Source: a virus. Taken from it: a DNA stretch of 64,000 bases. How positions within the stretch are numbered: position 1 is the first letter of the stretch; each line of letters opens with the position of its first letter. Where the stretch lies: IMG/VR virus record IMGVR_UViG_3300035183_000841, positions 20,710-84,709 of that record. One strand, written 5' to 3'. Positions 1 through 9,242 of this stretch are shown piece after piece. The notes below the pieces were generated by a model. That model searched no databases, was not told where the DNA came from, and saw nothing but the letters and a program-made list of their open reading frames with translations. The translations under genes were made by a program, and so were the position numbers.

Positions 1-12
1 GAGATCTTCTGA

Positions 13-327
13 ATGGCTGAACCTATCGGAGAATACCTATGCAAGAAGTGCGGCAAGATGCCGATAGATAATCCGTCTGCCGTGGTCATCACGTTCCCCG
101 AAGGGCTTAAGATGCCTGTCGCCGAGATAAAGTGCCACGGATGCGGCTCGAAGGTCCGTTCCGAGCTCACTTGGGAGGATGCCATCTTGTTCGATCAGGC
201 GGGCGTCACCGTGAGGGGCTTCTCATTCGTAAGAGGGCCAGCACTCACCCAAGAAGAGATAGATTCATTCATCGCGAACTTCGACCGGGAAGTCGAACGA
301 TTCTTGGATATCTGTAGCCGCAAATGA
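13..327 (+). CDS. Small Zn-ribbon hypothetical protein
   Basis: CKKC and CHGC pairs; ATGA overlap with the next gene. Confidence 0.6.
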   Translation: MAEPIGEYLCKKCGKMPIDNPSAVVITFPEGLKMPVAEIKCHGCGSKVRSELTWEDAILFDQAGVTVRGFSFVRGPALTQEEIDSFIANFDREVERFLDICSRK

Positions 328-1304
328 TCGACTCCATCGCTATCTACATGGTTCCACCATCACAGGGGCCCGTGGATGGGTACTCCTACGCTGGTCTGAA
401 GATGGTCGAGGCACTGAAAGCACTAGGGTACTCGACCCCATGGCGCGATGATGATGCTCCCGTTTCGATCTCTTTCTGCCAGCCGGAATGGTATTCCCAT
501 GCGCAGTCTCAGTTCCGTATCGGATACACCCCATGGGAATCCACCGTGATACCGAAATGGTGGCCCCAACACATGAACGAGATGGATCTCATCTGGACCA
601 CTTCGAAGTTCTGCAAGGAAGTATTCGAAGACAATGGGGTTACGACCGAGATCCTCGTGGTACCGCACGGGATCGACATCAATGAATTCACACTATCACC
701 TCGCAAGGAGGAAGATACCTTCTATTTCCTCCATATAGGAGAACCGGCGACCAGGAAGGGCGGGCAGATGGTCGTCGATGCGTTCTGCAAGGTCTTCGCC
801 GATGACGATTCGACCAGGCTCATCATCAAGGCGAACGGATGGGCCGAGTGTCGGCTCCGCGAGCCGTTCGGGCCGGTCGATACTCACCCGAGGATAGAAC
901 TGATAAAGGAACTTCTGAACATCCACGAGTTAAACGCCCTTTACCACCGCTGCCATGCGCTGATCTACCCATCGAACGGAGAAGGGTTCGGACTTATCCC
1001 GTTCCAGGCCATCGCCACCGGTATGCCGACGGCAGCGGTCGTATGGGGGGGCATAGCGGAGTTCGGCGAGTACTGCATCCCTATCGATTACAAGGTGGGG
1101 TCATCCGGCCACAGCTACCATCTCGGCGATTGGGCGCATCCAGACTTCGACAGCCTCTGCGAGGTGATGTATGATATCCGGCACCGGTACTCAGACTATG
1201 CAAGGGATGCCTACGATAACGCATTGGACGTTAGGAGGGAGTGGCAGTGGAAAGATATCATAGAGAACGCATTGAACATCAGTCTTTCTAAAGGCAAATC
1301 CTGA
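324..1304 (+). CDS. Glycosyltransferase, GT-B fold (GT4-like)
   Basis: GYTPWES, VVPHGID, RKG and YPSNGEGFGLIPFQAIATGMP motifs. Confidence 0.88.
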   Translation: MIDSIAIYMVPPSQGPVDGYSYAGLKMVEALKALGYSTPWRDDDAPVSISFCQPEWYSHAQSQFRIGYTPWESTVIPKWWPQHMNEMDLIWTTSKFCKEVFEDNGVTTEILVVPHGIDINEFTLSPRKEEDTFYFLHIGEPATRKGGQMVVDAFCKVFADDDSTRLIIKANGWAECRLREPFGPVDTHPRIELIKELLNIHELNALYHRCHALIYPSNGEGFGLIPFQAIATGMPTAAVVWGGIAEFGEYCIPIDYKVGSSGHSYHLGDWAHPDFDSLCEVMYDIRHRYSDYARDAYDNALDVRREWQWKDIIENALNISLSKGKS

Positions 1305-1378
1305 CCCCCTCAGGGGACGGGAGTATACTTTCCCTCATCTTCGGTTGATTCGAGTAAACCATTCAGGAGGTGCTTCAG

Positions 1379-4132
1379 TTGTCTTCACCGCAACTTACGG
1401 AACAAGCTATCAGGGTATTGGAGGAGAGGTATTTCGATAAGGACGAGAACGGGAACATCATCGAGGATTGGGAAGGTCTTTCACGAAGGGTCGCCAGAGC
1501 TATAGCTTCTATCGAGTCCAGGTACGGGGTTGACCCGAGGCCGTGGGAGGAGTCGTTCTTCGACGCGATCTACAACCTCCGTTTCGTGCCGAACAGCCCA
1601 ACACTGTTCAATGCTGGATCGCGTGGCGGGCTCGGGCTGCTGAGCGCCTGCTTCGTTCAGGTGCCCGACGATTCACTTGACTCTATCATGTTGCATGCTT
1701 GGCGTTCGGCGAAGCTGTTCCAGGCTGGCGCTGGAGTAGGGTATAACTTCTCCAACCTGCGGGAAGAAGGGGCCATGGTCCGTTCTTCCATGCGTCCATC
1801 CTCTGGAGCGATCTCCTTCATGTACCACATCTTCAACTCCATCGGCGAGGTCGTGAAGCAGGGCGGTCGTCGGCGCGCAGCGATGATGGGTCTTCTGAAC
1901 GATGACCACCCAGAGATCGAGAGGTTCGTCACGTTCAAGAATCATGAATCTTCACTTACGAACTTCAACATCTCGGTGTTCGCCTCCAACCGGTTCATGG
2001 AATCCGTTGAGAAGAACAAGCCGTGGCACCTCCTGGGTAGAACCAGCGGCAACGTTGTGAAGACCATCTCTGCGAAGGCGCTGATGGAGCAGATCGCCGA
2101 GAACAACTGGAAGATGGCCGAACCCGGGATGATCTGGCGCGACGCCATCAACCGGTACAACCCACTAGCTCATCTCGGCGAGAAGTATCAGATCAACGCG
2201 GTGAATCCATGCGTCAGTGGAGACACCCGCATCCTGACCTCCCATGGTTATGTGCCGATACGTTCGGTGGTGGGGACCAAGGTGGAGGTCTGGAACGGCC
2301 AGCAGTGGTCGAAGGTTACCCCTAAGGTGACGGGTAGGAACCAGGACATGCTGAAGGTCACGCTGAGCGACGGCTCCCAGCTGCGATGCACCCTGTACCA
2401 CGGGTTCCACATCTGGGATGAGTCTCGTCCGTTCAGCCGGAGCACCCCGGTCCTGGTGGAGGCCAAAGACCTCCGTCCGGGCATGAAGCTGTGGAAGTAC
2501 CAGATGCCCGTCATCGTAGAGGGCGAAGAGGTCGATACATCCGTCGCCTACACCCAGGGCGTGTACGCCGGGGACGGCTATCTCGCTAAGGATCGGCAAC
2601 AGCCGTGGGTGTACCTGTACGGGGAGAAGACGAACCTGCTGGACGGGATGGTGTACAGGTACCAGCACACTTCCGATAAATCACGCAGGGTAGAGGTCTG
2701 CCTCGATAGGGATGTGATCAAGGAGAAGACCTTCGTACCGTTCAACTGGTCTCTCGACGCCAGGTTGGCATGGCTTGCTGGGCTGATCGATACCGACGGG
2801 ACCATCACTCGAGATGGGAGCATCCAGATCGGAAGCATCAACAAGGAGTTCCTTGATGAAGTGAGGCTGATGCTTACCACGATGGGTGTTCGGGCTAAGG
2901 TGACGTTCATGCGTTCCGGCGGTCCTCGTCGGATGCCCGATGGTCATGGGGGGACGAAGGAGTACGAGACCAAAGACTGCTACCGTTTGATCATCGCGGG
3001 GTCTGATGTCGTCACCCTCCGCCAGTACGGGCTCAGCGACTTCCTCCGCAGGGTGGACGTGCGGAACGTCTCCTGCAACCGCAGCGCCACCCAGTTCGTC
3101 CGCGTCGTCTCCGTAGAGCCGGATGGATTCGAGGAGGAAGTGTTCTGCTTCAATGAGCCGATCAATCACACCGGCACGTTCAACGGAATAGTCACGGCGC
3201 AGTGCTCCGAAGCTACCCTTCTCAATTTCGGCAATTGCTGTTTGGGGAGCATCAACCTCGTGAAACACTTGCATGGCAAGGAGATCGACTGGGATGCGCT
3301 TGAAGCGACCACCCGTCTCGCCGTGCGGTTCCTCGATGATGTCATCGACGCCGACAACCATGTCGCGCCGGAGTTCGAGAAGGCCGCGAAGGATGTGCGC
3401 CGTATCGGCATCGGCGTAACCGGTTTCGCAGATGTGCTCGTGATGATGGATATCGTCTACGGCTCCGAATCCTCGTTCCGGGTGGCTCATGAGGTAGCTT
3501 CGTTCCTGAACCGGATCGCCGTTGATGAGTCGAGCAAGATCGCGATGGAGAAAGGACCGTATCCGCTGTGGGACAAGAGCCTTCACAAGGACATGGGGCT
3601 CGTCCTTCGGAACATCTCGCTCCTTTCCATCGCACCAGAGGGTTCGAGGTCCATCATCACCAACACCTCGCCTTCGATAGAGCCGAACTTCGGCAGGGTT
3701 ATAGTGAGGACCAACAAGGGGATCGGATCAGGAACGTTCCCCCATCCGCTCGCATCGAACCCGGCGTTCCGGACGACCTACGAGGTCCCGTTCTGGGCGC
3801 ACATCAAGATGCAGTCCGTGTGGCAGAACGCGATGAACGAGAATATGGTCGGTCAGGCGATAAGCAAGACGAACAACGCGCCGAAAGACATAAGTCCTGA
3901 CGAAATGGCAGAAGCGTATCTCGAGGCATGGCGGATCGGATGCAAAGGGCTCACCGTGTATCGGGACACCAGTCGAGATGCGGTTTATTACGAGCATAAG
4001 GATGATGAAGTCCGGGACGAACACGGCAGGCTCGTGCTAGAATGCGCTACCGGTGTATGTGACATAGGTATGGCGAAGCCTCCTGTAAGGGCATTCAAGG
4101 AGCACGATGACGCAAAGGTATTACGGGGATGA
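1379..4132 (+). CDS. nrdJ: Ribonucleotide reductase, probably class II (adenosylcobalamin-dependent), intein-containing
   Basis: PNSPTLFNAG, LSACFV, NPC-x-E reconstituted after intein removal, CCLGSINL, GCKGLTVYRD, C-terminal CATGVC; no NrdB in the window; TTG start 6 nt after GGAGGTG. Confidence 0.88.
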   Translation: MSSPQLTEQAIRVLEERYFDKDENGNIIEDWEGLSRRVARAIASIESRYGVDPRPWEESFFDAIYNLRFVPNSPTLFNAGSRGGLGLLSACFVQVPDDSLDSIMLHAWRSAKLFQAGAGVGYNFSNLREEGAMVRSSMRPSSGAISFMYHIFNSIGEVVKQGGRRRAAMMGLLNDDHPEIERFVTFKNHESSLTNFNISVFASNRFMESVEKNKPWHLLGRTSGNVVKTISAKALMEQIAENNWKMAEPGMIWRDAINRYNPLAHLGEKYQINAVNPCVSGDTRILTSHGYVPIRSVVGTKVEVWNGQQWSKVTPKVTGRNQDMLKVTLSDGSQLRCTLYHGFHIWDESRPFSRSTPVLVEAKDLRPGMKLWKYQMPVIVEGEEVDTSVAYTQGVYAGDGYLAKDRQQPWVYLYGEKTNLLDGMVYRYQHTSDKSRRVEVCLDRDVIKEKTFVPFNWSLDARLAWLAGLIDTDGTITRDGSIQIGSINKEFLDEVRLMLTTMGVRAKVTFMRSGGPRRMPDGHGGTKEYETKDCYRLIIAGSDVVTLRQYGLSDFLRRVDVRNVSCNRSATQFVRVVSVEPDGFEEEVFCFNEPINHTGTFNGIVTAQCSEATLLNFGNCCLGSINLVKHLHGKEIDWDALEATTRLAVRFLDDVIDADNHVAPEFEKAAKDVRRIGIGVTGFADVLVMMDIVYGSESSFRVAHEVASFLNRIAVDESSKIAMEKGPYPLWDKSLHKDMGLVLRNISLLSIAPEGSRSIITNTSPSIEPNFGRVIVRTNKGIGSGTFPHPLASNPAFRTTYEVPFWAHIKMQSVWQNAMNENMVGQAISKTNNAPKDISPDEMAEAYLEAWRIGCKGLTVYRDTSRDAVYYEHKDDEVRDEHGRLVLECATGVCDIGMAKPPVRAFKEHDDAKVLRG
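2210..3202 (+). mobile_element. Intein with LAGLIDADG homing endonuclease in RNR (331 aa, ends in Gln)
   Basis: NP|CVSGDTRIL ... GVYAGDG ... WLAGLIDTDG ... HTGTFNGIVTAQ|CSE. Confidence 0.92.
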
Positions 4133-4655
4133 GACGTATTGGTTCCGCCCTGTAGAGGAATCTGACCTCGAAGTACTGACAGAGCATAGGAACGACTTCG
4201 AGACTTGGACCAAGCTAACATCGCCCCTGCCCGTGATGGCTCATCGGCAGGCCAGATGGCTCGAGTCTTTAGGCCATGAAAATATGTATTTCATAGGCCA
4301 CTACAGAGAGGACGGCATGAGCCTGCTTCGGCTCACCGATATCGACTGGGCGAACCGTCATGCCGCCGTAGGGCTGGATGTGTTCAAGCCGTACCGTGGG
4401 TTCGGCCACGCGAAACCACTCTTCGCCCTGCTCTGTAGGTATGCCATACGGGAACTGGGGATGCACAGGCTATGGCTCTTGGTGCTCGAAGACAACATCG
4501 CCGCCCAACGGGTCTATCGTTCGGTGAACTTCATTGAGGAGGGACGGTTCAGACAGCACATATTCAGGCACGGGAAGTTCAAGGATTACGTATTGATGGG
4601 AGTATTGGAGGAAGAATTCGATGATTCAGCAATTCAAAGTTCATATGAATCCTGA
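4107..4655 (+). CDS. GNAT N-acetyltransferase (RimJ/PseH-like)
   Basis: YRGFGHA acetyl-CoA motif; LWLLVLEDNIAAQRVYRSVNFIEEGRFRQH. Confidence 0.85.
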   Translation: MTQRYYGDETYWFRPVEESDLEVLTEHRNDFETWTKLTSPLPVMAHRQARWLESLGHENMYFIGHYREDGMSLLRLTDIDWANRHAAVGLDVFKPYRGFGHAKPLFALLCRYAIRELGMHRLWLLVLEDNIAAQRVYRSVNFIEEGRFRQHIFRHGKFKDYVLMGVLEEEFDDSAIQSSYES

Positions 4656-5733
4656 GGCCGTCAACAAGGTGAGAACCGTTCTCGGTTCCGGCTACATCGG
4701 CCAGGGATCCCGCGTCGAGGAGTTCGAGGAGCGGCTGAAGGAGAAGCTTGGTTTCAGTTATGGGGTAACGGTGAACTCAGGGACGGCCGCACTCACGCTC
4801 GCGCTCCGATTGATCGGGGTCGGGCCGGGGGATTCGGTGGTGAGCACCCCGATGACCTGTTTGGCTACCAATGCCGCTATCACGCTCACCGGGGCAGACA
4901 TCGTATGGGCTGATATCGATAAGTACGGCAACATCGATCCCGAGTCGGTAAGTGAGTCGATAAGGCCGAACACGAAAGCGGTCATGGCTGTCGACTGGGG
5001 TGGTATCCCTTGCGACTTCGATGCGCTTCGGAAGGCGATCGATGCAGCTCCGGCGAGAGGCACCCACGATATCCCGATCATCCAGGATGCTGCCCACGCC
5101 TTCGGTGCGACGTACCATGGCCGTCCCGTCGCTGCATGCGCCGACTACACCGCCTTCTCTTTCCAAGCCATCAAGCACCTCACCACCGGTGATGGGGGGT
5201 TGCTCGTCGTCCCCGCGTCCCAGTACAAACGGGCTAAGCTGCTCAGGTGGTACGGACTCGATCGCACTTCCGGGGACAGGATGCGATGCCTCCAGAACGT
5301 CTATGAGATCGGCGATAAAATGCACATGAACGATATCGCCGCCGCGATAGGGCTCGGAAATCTCGAGTCCGTCGATGAGGTCGTGGCCAAACACCGCGAG
5401 AACGCCAGGTACTACAACGACATCTTCTCGCTCTACGGCGGACTGGTGGAAGTCCCACCAGGTGACGTAGATCCCTCTTACTGGATATACACCATCCACG
5501 TACCGGAACCAGCGGATTTCGAGCAGTTCATGTTCCACAACGGCGTCTCGGTATCGAGAGTACACAACCGGAATGACAACTACACCGCCTTCGAAGCATA
5601 CTGGAAGCCGCTGCCGAACCTAGATAAGTGGTTCTCCACCATGACCTGTATCCCCGTCGGGTGGTGGCTGACCGTCGAGGACCGTAGTCGAATCACTGAG
5701 CTGGTTATCCGCTACATCACTCCGAGCTGGTGA
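4621..5733 (+). CDS. DegT/DnrJ/EryC1/StrS PLP-dependent sugar aminotransferase
   Basis: VNSGTAAL, IIQDAAHAFGA, FSFQAIKHLTTGDGG (Schiff-base Lys). Confidence 0.93.
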   Translation: MIQQFKVHMNPEAVNKVRTVLGSGYIGQGSRVEEFEERLKEKLGFSYGVTVNSGTAALTLALRLIGVGPGDSVVSTPMTCLATNAAITLTGADIVWADIDKYGNIDPESVSESIRPNTKAVMAVDWGGIPCDFDALRKAIDAAPARGTHDIPIIQDAAHAFGATYHGRPVAACADYTAFSFQAIKHLTTGDGGLLVVPASQYKRAKLLRWYGLDRTSGDRMRCLQNVYEIGDKMHMNDIAAAIGLGNLESVDEVVAKHRENARYYNDIFSLYGGLVEVPPGDVDPSYWIYTIHVPEPADFEQFMFHNGVSVSRVHNRNDNYTAFEAYWKPLPNLDKWFSTMTCIPVGWWLTVEDRSRITELVIRYITPSW

Positions 5734-5734
5734 T

Positions 5735-6190
5735 ATGAAAACCAGGTTCGTCGATAAACTCATCGGTATGGCTTCGTCTGTGGACGGGCGGTACCGTCTT
5801 GCAGCTATGGTCTATGACGACAAACACAACCCGATATCGTTCGGGACAAACTCCTATGTGAAGACCCATCCCGTCCAAGCGGCGCTGACCGGAGCGCAGA
5901 AGATCTTCATCCATGCTGAGATACAGGCACTGCTTCGAGCTTCCGGGAGACAAAGTAGAGGCATCTTGGTCGTGCGTGTGAACAAACATGGGCTTGCCAT
6001 GGCGAGGCCGTGTCGTGCCTGTTATTGGGCCATCATCGTTTCTGGGCTAAGTGAGATTATGTATTCAGATGAAACTGGTTCTATCATGAAAGAGTATGTC
6101 GATAGACCTGATGAGATTCAAGGTAGGATTCGTATGTTTAACGGTCGGCCATTGGGATCTCATGTACGACCACATGAGGAGTTTGTATGA
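5735..6190 (+). CDS. Cytidine/dCMP deaminase-fold protein
   Basis: HAE ... PCRAC zinc-binding signature. Confidence 0.8.
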   Translation: MKTRFVDKLIGMASSVDGRYRLAAMVYDDKHNPISFGTNSYVKTHPVQAALTGAQKIFIHAEIQALLRASGRQSRGILVVRVNKHGLAMARPCRACYWAIIVSGLSEIMYSDETGSIMKEYVDRPDEIQGRIRMFNGRPLGSHVRPHEEFV

Positions 6191-6752
6191 GTGCTGGCCC
6201 CATCCAAACAAAGAGGTTTACATCGTACCGAATCTCGACTTCCGGTTATCTGTTTCCGGCGCACTTAACAAGGGCTTCCGTTGGGCCTTGCGGGATGGAT
6301 GCGACTACATCGTCTACGCCGCTGACGATGTGATCATCAAGGGTGACGACATCGAGCGGCTCCTCACGACGCTGATAGAGGAGGATAAGTGGGTCGTCTC
6401 CCTACAGCTCGGTGGGCTTGCGTTCTTCGCTATCAATCCGGTTGTCTTCGATGAAGTGGGATACTGGGATGAAGGGTTCTACCCGGCGTACTTCGAAGAT
6501 AACGATTGGTACTACCGCATCAAACTGAAAGACCCGAACAGGTACAAAGAGATACCCGGCCAATCGGTCCATCTAGAGAGTGTCACCTTGAAGCGGATGA
6601 GCCCGCATGAAGTGGAGAAGCATCATATCAATTTCCGCCGTAACCGAGACAGGTACATCGCCAAGTGGGGCGGAGAGCCTTACCATGAGACGTTCACCGT
6701 TCCATGGAACGGCGCGGAACCACCTGGTTGGGCGGTAGGAGATACAGCATGA
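6096..6752 (+). CDS. Glycosyltransferase family 2-like
   Basis: SVSGALNKG, AADD, VGYWDEGFYPAYFEDNDW. Confidence 0.85.
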   Translation: MSIDLMRFKVGFVCLTVGHWDLMYDHMRSLYECWPHPNKEVYIVPNLDFRLSVSGALNKGFRWALRDGCDYIVYAADDVIIKGDDIERLLTTLIEEDKWVVSLQLGGLAFFAINPVVFDEVGYWDEGFYPAYFEDNDWYYRIKLKDPNRYKEIPGQSVHLESVTLKRMSPHEVEKHHINFRRNRDRYIAKWGGEPYHETFTVPWNGAEPPGWAVGDTA

Positions 6753-7120
6753 TTAACGATCAGGAACGTGCATTCATACGCCGCATCAACAGAACTCGAC
6801 TATTGCATGGCCTCCCGAGACTGAAGCACGCACCGGACCAGGTATTCATCAACGCTCAGAGGCATAGCAAGAAGATGCTCGCGGAGAACCGTTTGTACCA
6901 CAGCGACCCGCTCTCGACCGCCGTTGAAGGTGTGGACGTATGGAAAGTCGCGAGGGAGAACGTAGGTGTCGGCCTGTCTGTTCGGTCATTGCACAGGGCA
7001 TTCATGGCATCTGAATACCATCGCCAGAACATCCTCGCTCGTGACGTGAGCAAGGTTGCCGTCGGCATCGCCTTCGGTGACGAAGGGCAACTTTGGGTTA
7101 CGGTCATCCTGTATGGATGA
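6749..7120 (+). CDS. CAP/SCP-domain protein
   Basis: AQRHSKKM, LYHS, ENVG, FMASEYHRQNIL, VAVGIA. Confidence 0.85.
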   Translation: MINDQERAFIRRINRTRLLHGLPRLKHAPDQVFINAQRHSKKMLAENRLYHSDPLSTAVEGVDVWKVARENVGVGLSVRSLHRAFMASEYHRQNILARDVSKVAVGIAFGDEGQLWVTVILYG

Positions 7121-7142
7121 TTAGCCGATTTCTGGCTAAATC

Positions 7143-7171
7143 TTGCCTTTTTCATCGAGAAACACTACGAT
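7143..7171 (+). promoter_or_regulatory. Sigma70-type promoter for the head operon
   Basis: TTGCCT-17 nt-TACGAT in an AT-rich intergenic gap. Confidence 0.55.
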
Positions 7172-7204
7172 TTCATCAGAAAATTCCTAAAAATGGAGTG
7201 ATTT

Positions 7205-7522
7205 ATGTCGAAATTATGGGTTCCACCCAACCAGACCTTCATCTGCTTATGGCTCGATGAGAACGGCAGATATGTGGTCAACGAAGATGGTGAGTTCCTC
7301 TGTGCGGAGTCCAAACGGATGGGTGATCCAGAGGTCGAGAAGAACATGAGGGCCGCTGCCAGGTACTACGGCATCGAAGGCGGTCAGCCGGTGTGGCGGC
7401 GCGGTCGGAAGGTCACGCATATGGAGTATGACACCCAGATGGAGCGACTCCTGGCCGGGCAGATCCCCGATGAGCGCGAGGCCATCGAAGCCGCAAAGGA
7501 GATTATGAAGGATGATGGATGA
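7205..7522 (+). CDS. Hypothetical protein preceding portal
   Basis: GGAG SD; overlaps the portal start. Confidence 0.7.
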   Translation: MSKLWVPPNQTFICLWLDENGRYVVNEDGEFLCAESKRMGDPEVEKNMRAAARYYGIEGGQPVWRRGRKVTHMEYDTQMERLLAGQIPDEREAIEAAKEIMKDDG

Positions 7523-9074
7523 TTTCAGTGAAGGATTCGTAGAGATCGACCTGGACATCCTAAGTACGCACTCCATCCAGAAAACTGGATTCGATGACCC
7601 ATTCTTCAAAATTCATATTGATGGACTTCCTGATGAGCTTCGCAAGGATATCTCTAAGCTAGAGAAACAGGCAGCACGAGAGGCGAAATCTAAGTCTCTA
7701 GATGCCGAAGCGCTCACCGCATACGATGTCTTCCAGCTCGTGCCTCCGCCATACAACCTGGAGGCTCTCGCCAAGCTCTACGAGAAGAACGCGGCCCACA
7801 ATGCGGCGGTGACCGCTAAGGCCATCAACATCTGTGGTCTCGGGTACGACATCATCAACTCTCCGGAAACCGAGCTGAAGATAGAACGTCTCCAGGGGAG
7901 CAAACAGAAACTCGAGAAGCTCACGACTGAGCTGAAGAAGGAGCGGATACGGCTTCAGCGACTCCTCGAAGAACTCAATGACGATGACGAGTTCTCGGAG
8001 ATTATGGTGAAGATATGGACAGATGTAGAGTCCCTAGGCAATGGGTACCTAGAGATCGGGCGGAACCTTTCCGGCAAGATAGGGTATATCGGCCATATCC
8101 CGGCCCACACGATACGGATACGAGCGAACAGGGACGGGTTCATCCAGGTCGTTGGAAATAGGTACGTATTCTTCAGGAACTTCCGTGATTTGGAAACACC
8201 TAACCCCCTGAAGAACGACCCAAGACCGAATGAGATAATCCACTTCAAGAAGTATTCTCCTAACTCAACCTATTACGGGATCCCCGACATCATCGCTGCC
8301 ATGCCAGCGGTTATGGGCGATGCGATGGCGAAGGAATACAACATAGACTATTTCGAGAACAAGGCTGTCCCGAGGTACGCCTTCATCACCAAAGGGGTCA
8401 GGTTGTCCCAGGAGGCCGAACGTACGCTGAAGGAATATTTCAGGACAGAACTCAAGGGCAAACATCACGGAACCCTGTACATCCCACTCCCAGCTGGAAT
8501 GAACCAGAACGTCGATGCCCGATTCGAGCCCATCGAGGTACGACCTCAGGAACAGTCATTCGTAACCTTCATTAAGGAATCCAGGCTCGAAGTCCTTATG
8601 GCTCACCGTGTTCCGCCGCCCAAGGTGGGCATCTACGAGGACACGAACCTCGCCGTCTCACGGGACGCCGACAGAACGTTCAAGGAGCAGGTCTGCCGAC
8701 CGGAACAGCGGCGGCTGGAAAAGAAGATGAACATCTTCTTCCAAGAACTATCAGGTTCAAGAGCATTCCGACTCAAGTTCAAGGAAGCAGACATCATCGA
8801 TGAGGATGTCCGCAGTCGGTTCCATGACCGATACCTGCGCACCAGGGTCCTCAAACCGAACGAGGTCCGCAACGCGCTCGGGTTCCCGTCCGTCCCCGAA
8901 GGTGAAGACTTCCTCCCCGTGCCCGGAACGGTGTCGGCGGGCAACAACCCGGTCGGACAGGCAGAGGGTAACCGCAGGAAGACCTCCGACAGGCTCCGTC
9001 CGACCGATGGCGGGCCCCTCCAGGCCGAACGCGGGGCGGAACAAGATCGGGGCGCCCCTGAGAGGAGACGATGA
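7512..9074 (+). CDS. Portal protein (PBSX-like family)
   Basis: LGNGYLEIGRN, NEIIHFKKYSPNSTYYGIPD, YFENKAVP, PNEVRNALG; position before protease and capsid. Confidence 0.9.
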   Translation: MMDDFSEGFVEIDLDILSTHSIQKTGFDDPFFKIHIDGLPDELRKDISKLEKQAAREAKSKSLDAEALTAYDVFQLVPPPYNLEALAKLYEKNAAHNAAVTAKAINICGLGYDIINSPETELKIERLQGSKQKLEKLTTELKKERIRLQRLLEELNDDDEFSEIMVKIWTDVESLGNGYLEIGRNLSGKIGYIGHIPAHTIRIRANRDGFIQVVGNRYVFFRNFRDLETPNPLKNDPRPNEIIHFKKYSPNSTYYGIPDIIAAMPAVMGDAMAKEYNIDYFENKAVPRYAFITKGVRLSQEAERTLKEYFRTELKGKHHGTLYIPLPAGMNQNVDARFEPIEVRPQEQSFVTFIKESRLEVLMAHRVPPPKVGIYEDTNLAVSRDADRTFKEQVCRPEQRRLEKKMNIFFQELSGSRAFRLKFKEADIIDEDVRSRFHDRYLRTRVLKPNEVRNALGFPSVPEGEDFLPVPGTVSAGNNPVGQAEGNRRKTSDRLRPTDGGPLQAERGAEQDRGAPERRR

Positions 9075-9242
9075 GTGGTGAATCTTGCGGATATCACTGT
9101 CCGGTATGTAACCATTGCTGCGCTTACGTATTGAAGATTTCCGGGCCACAGATAGAGTTGGAGTGTCAACGTTGCGGATGGAGATGGGCAGTAGAGATTT
9201 GACATTTGCCTTTTTACTTTAGATGTTTCATCTTCATATTGA

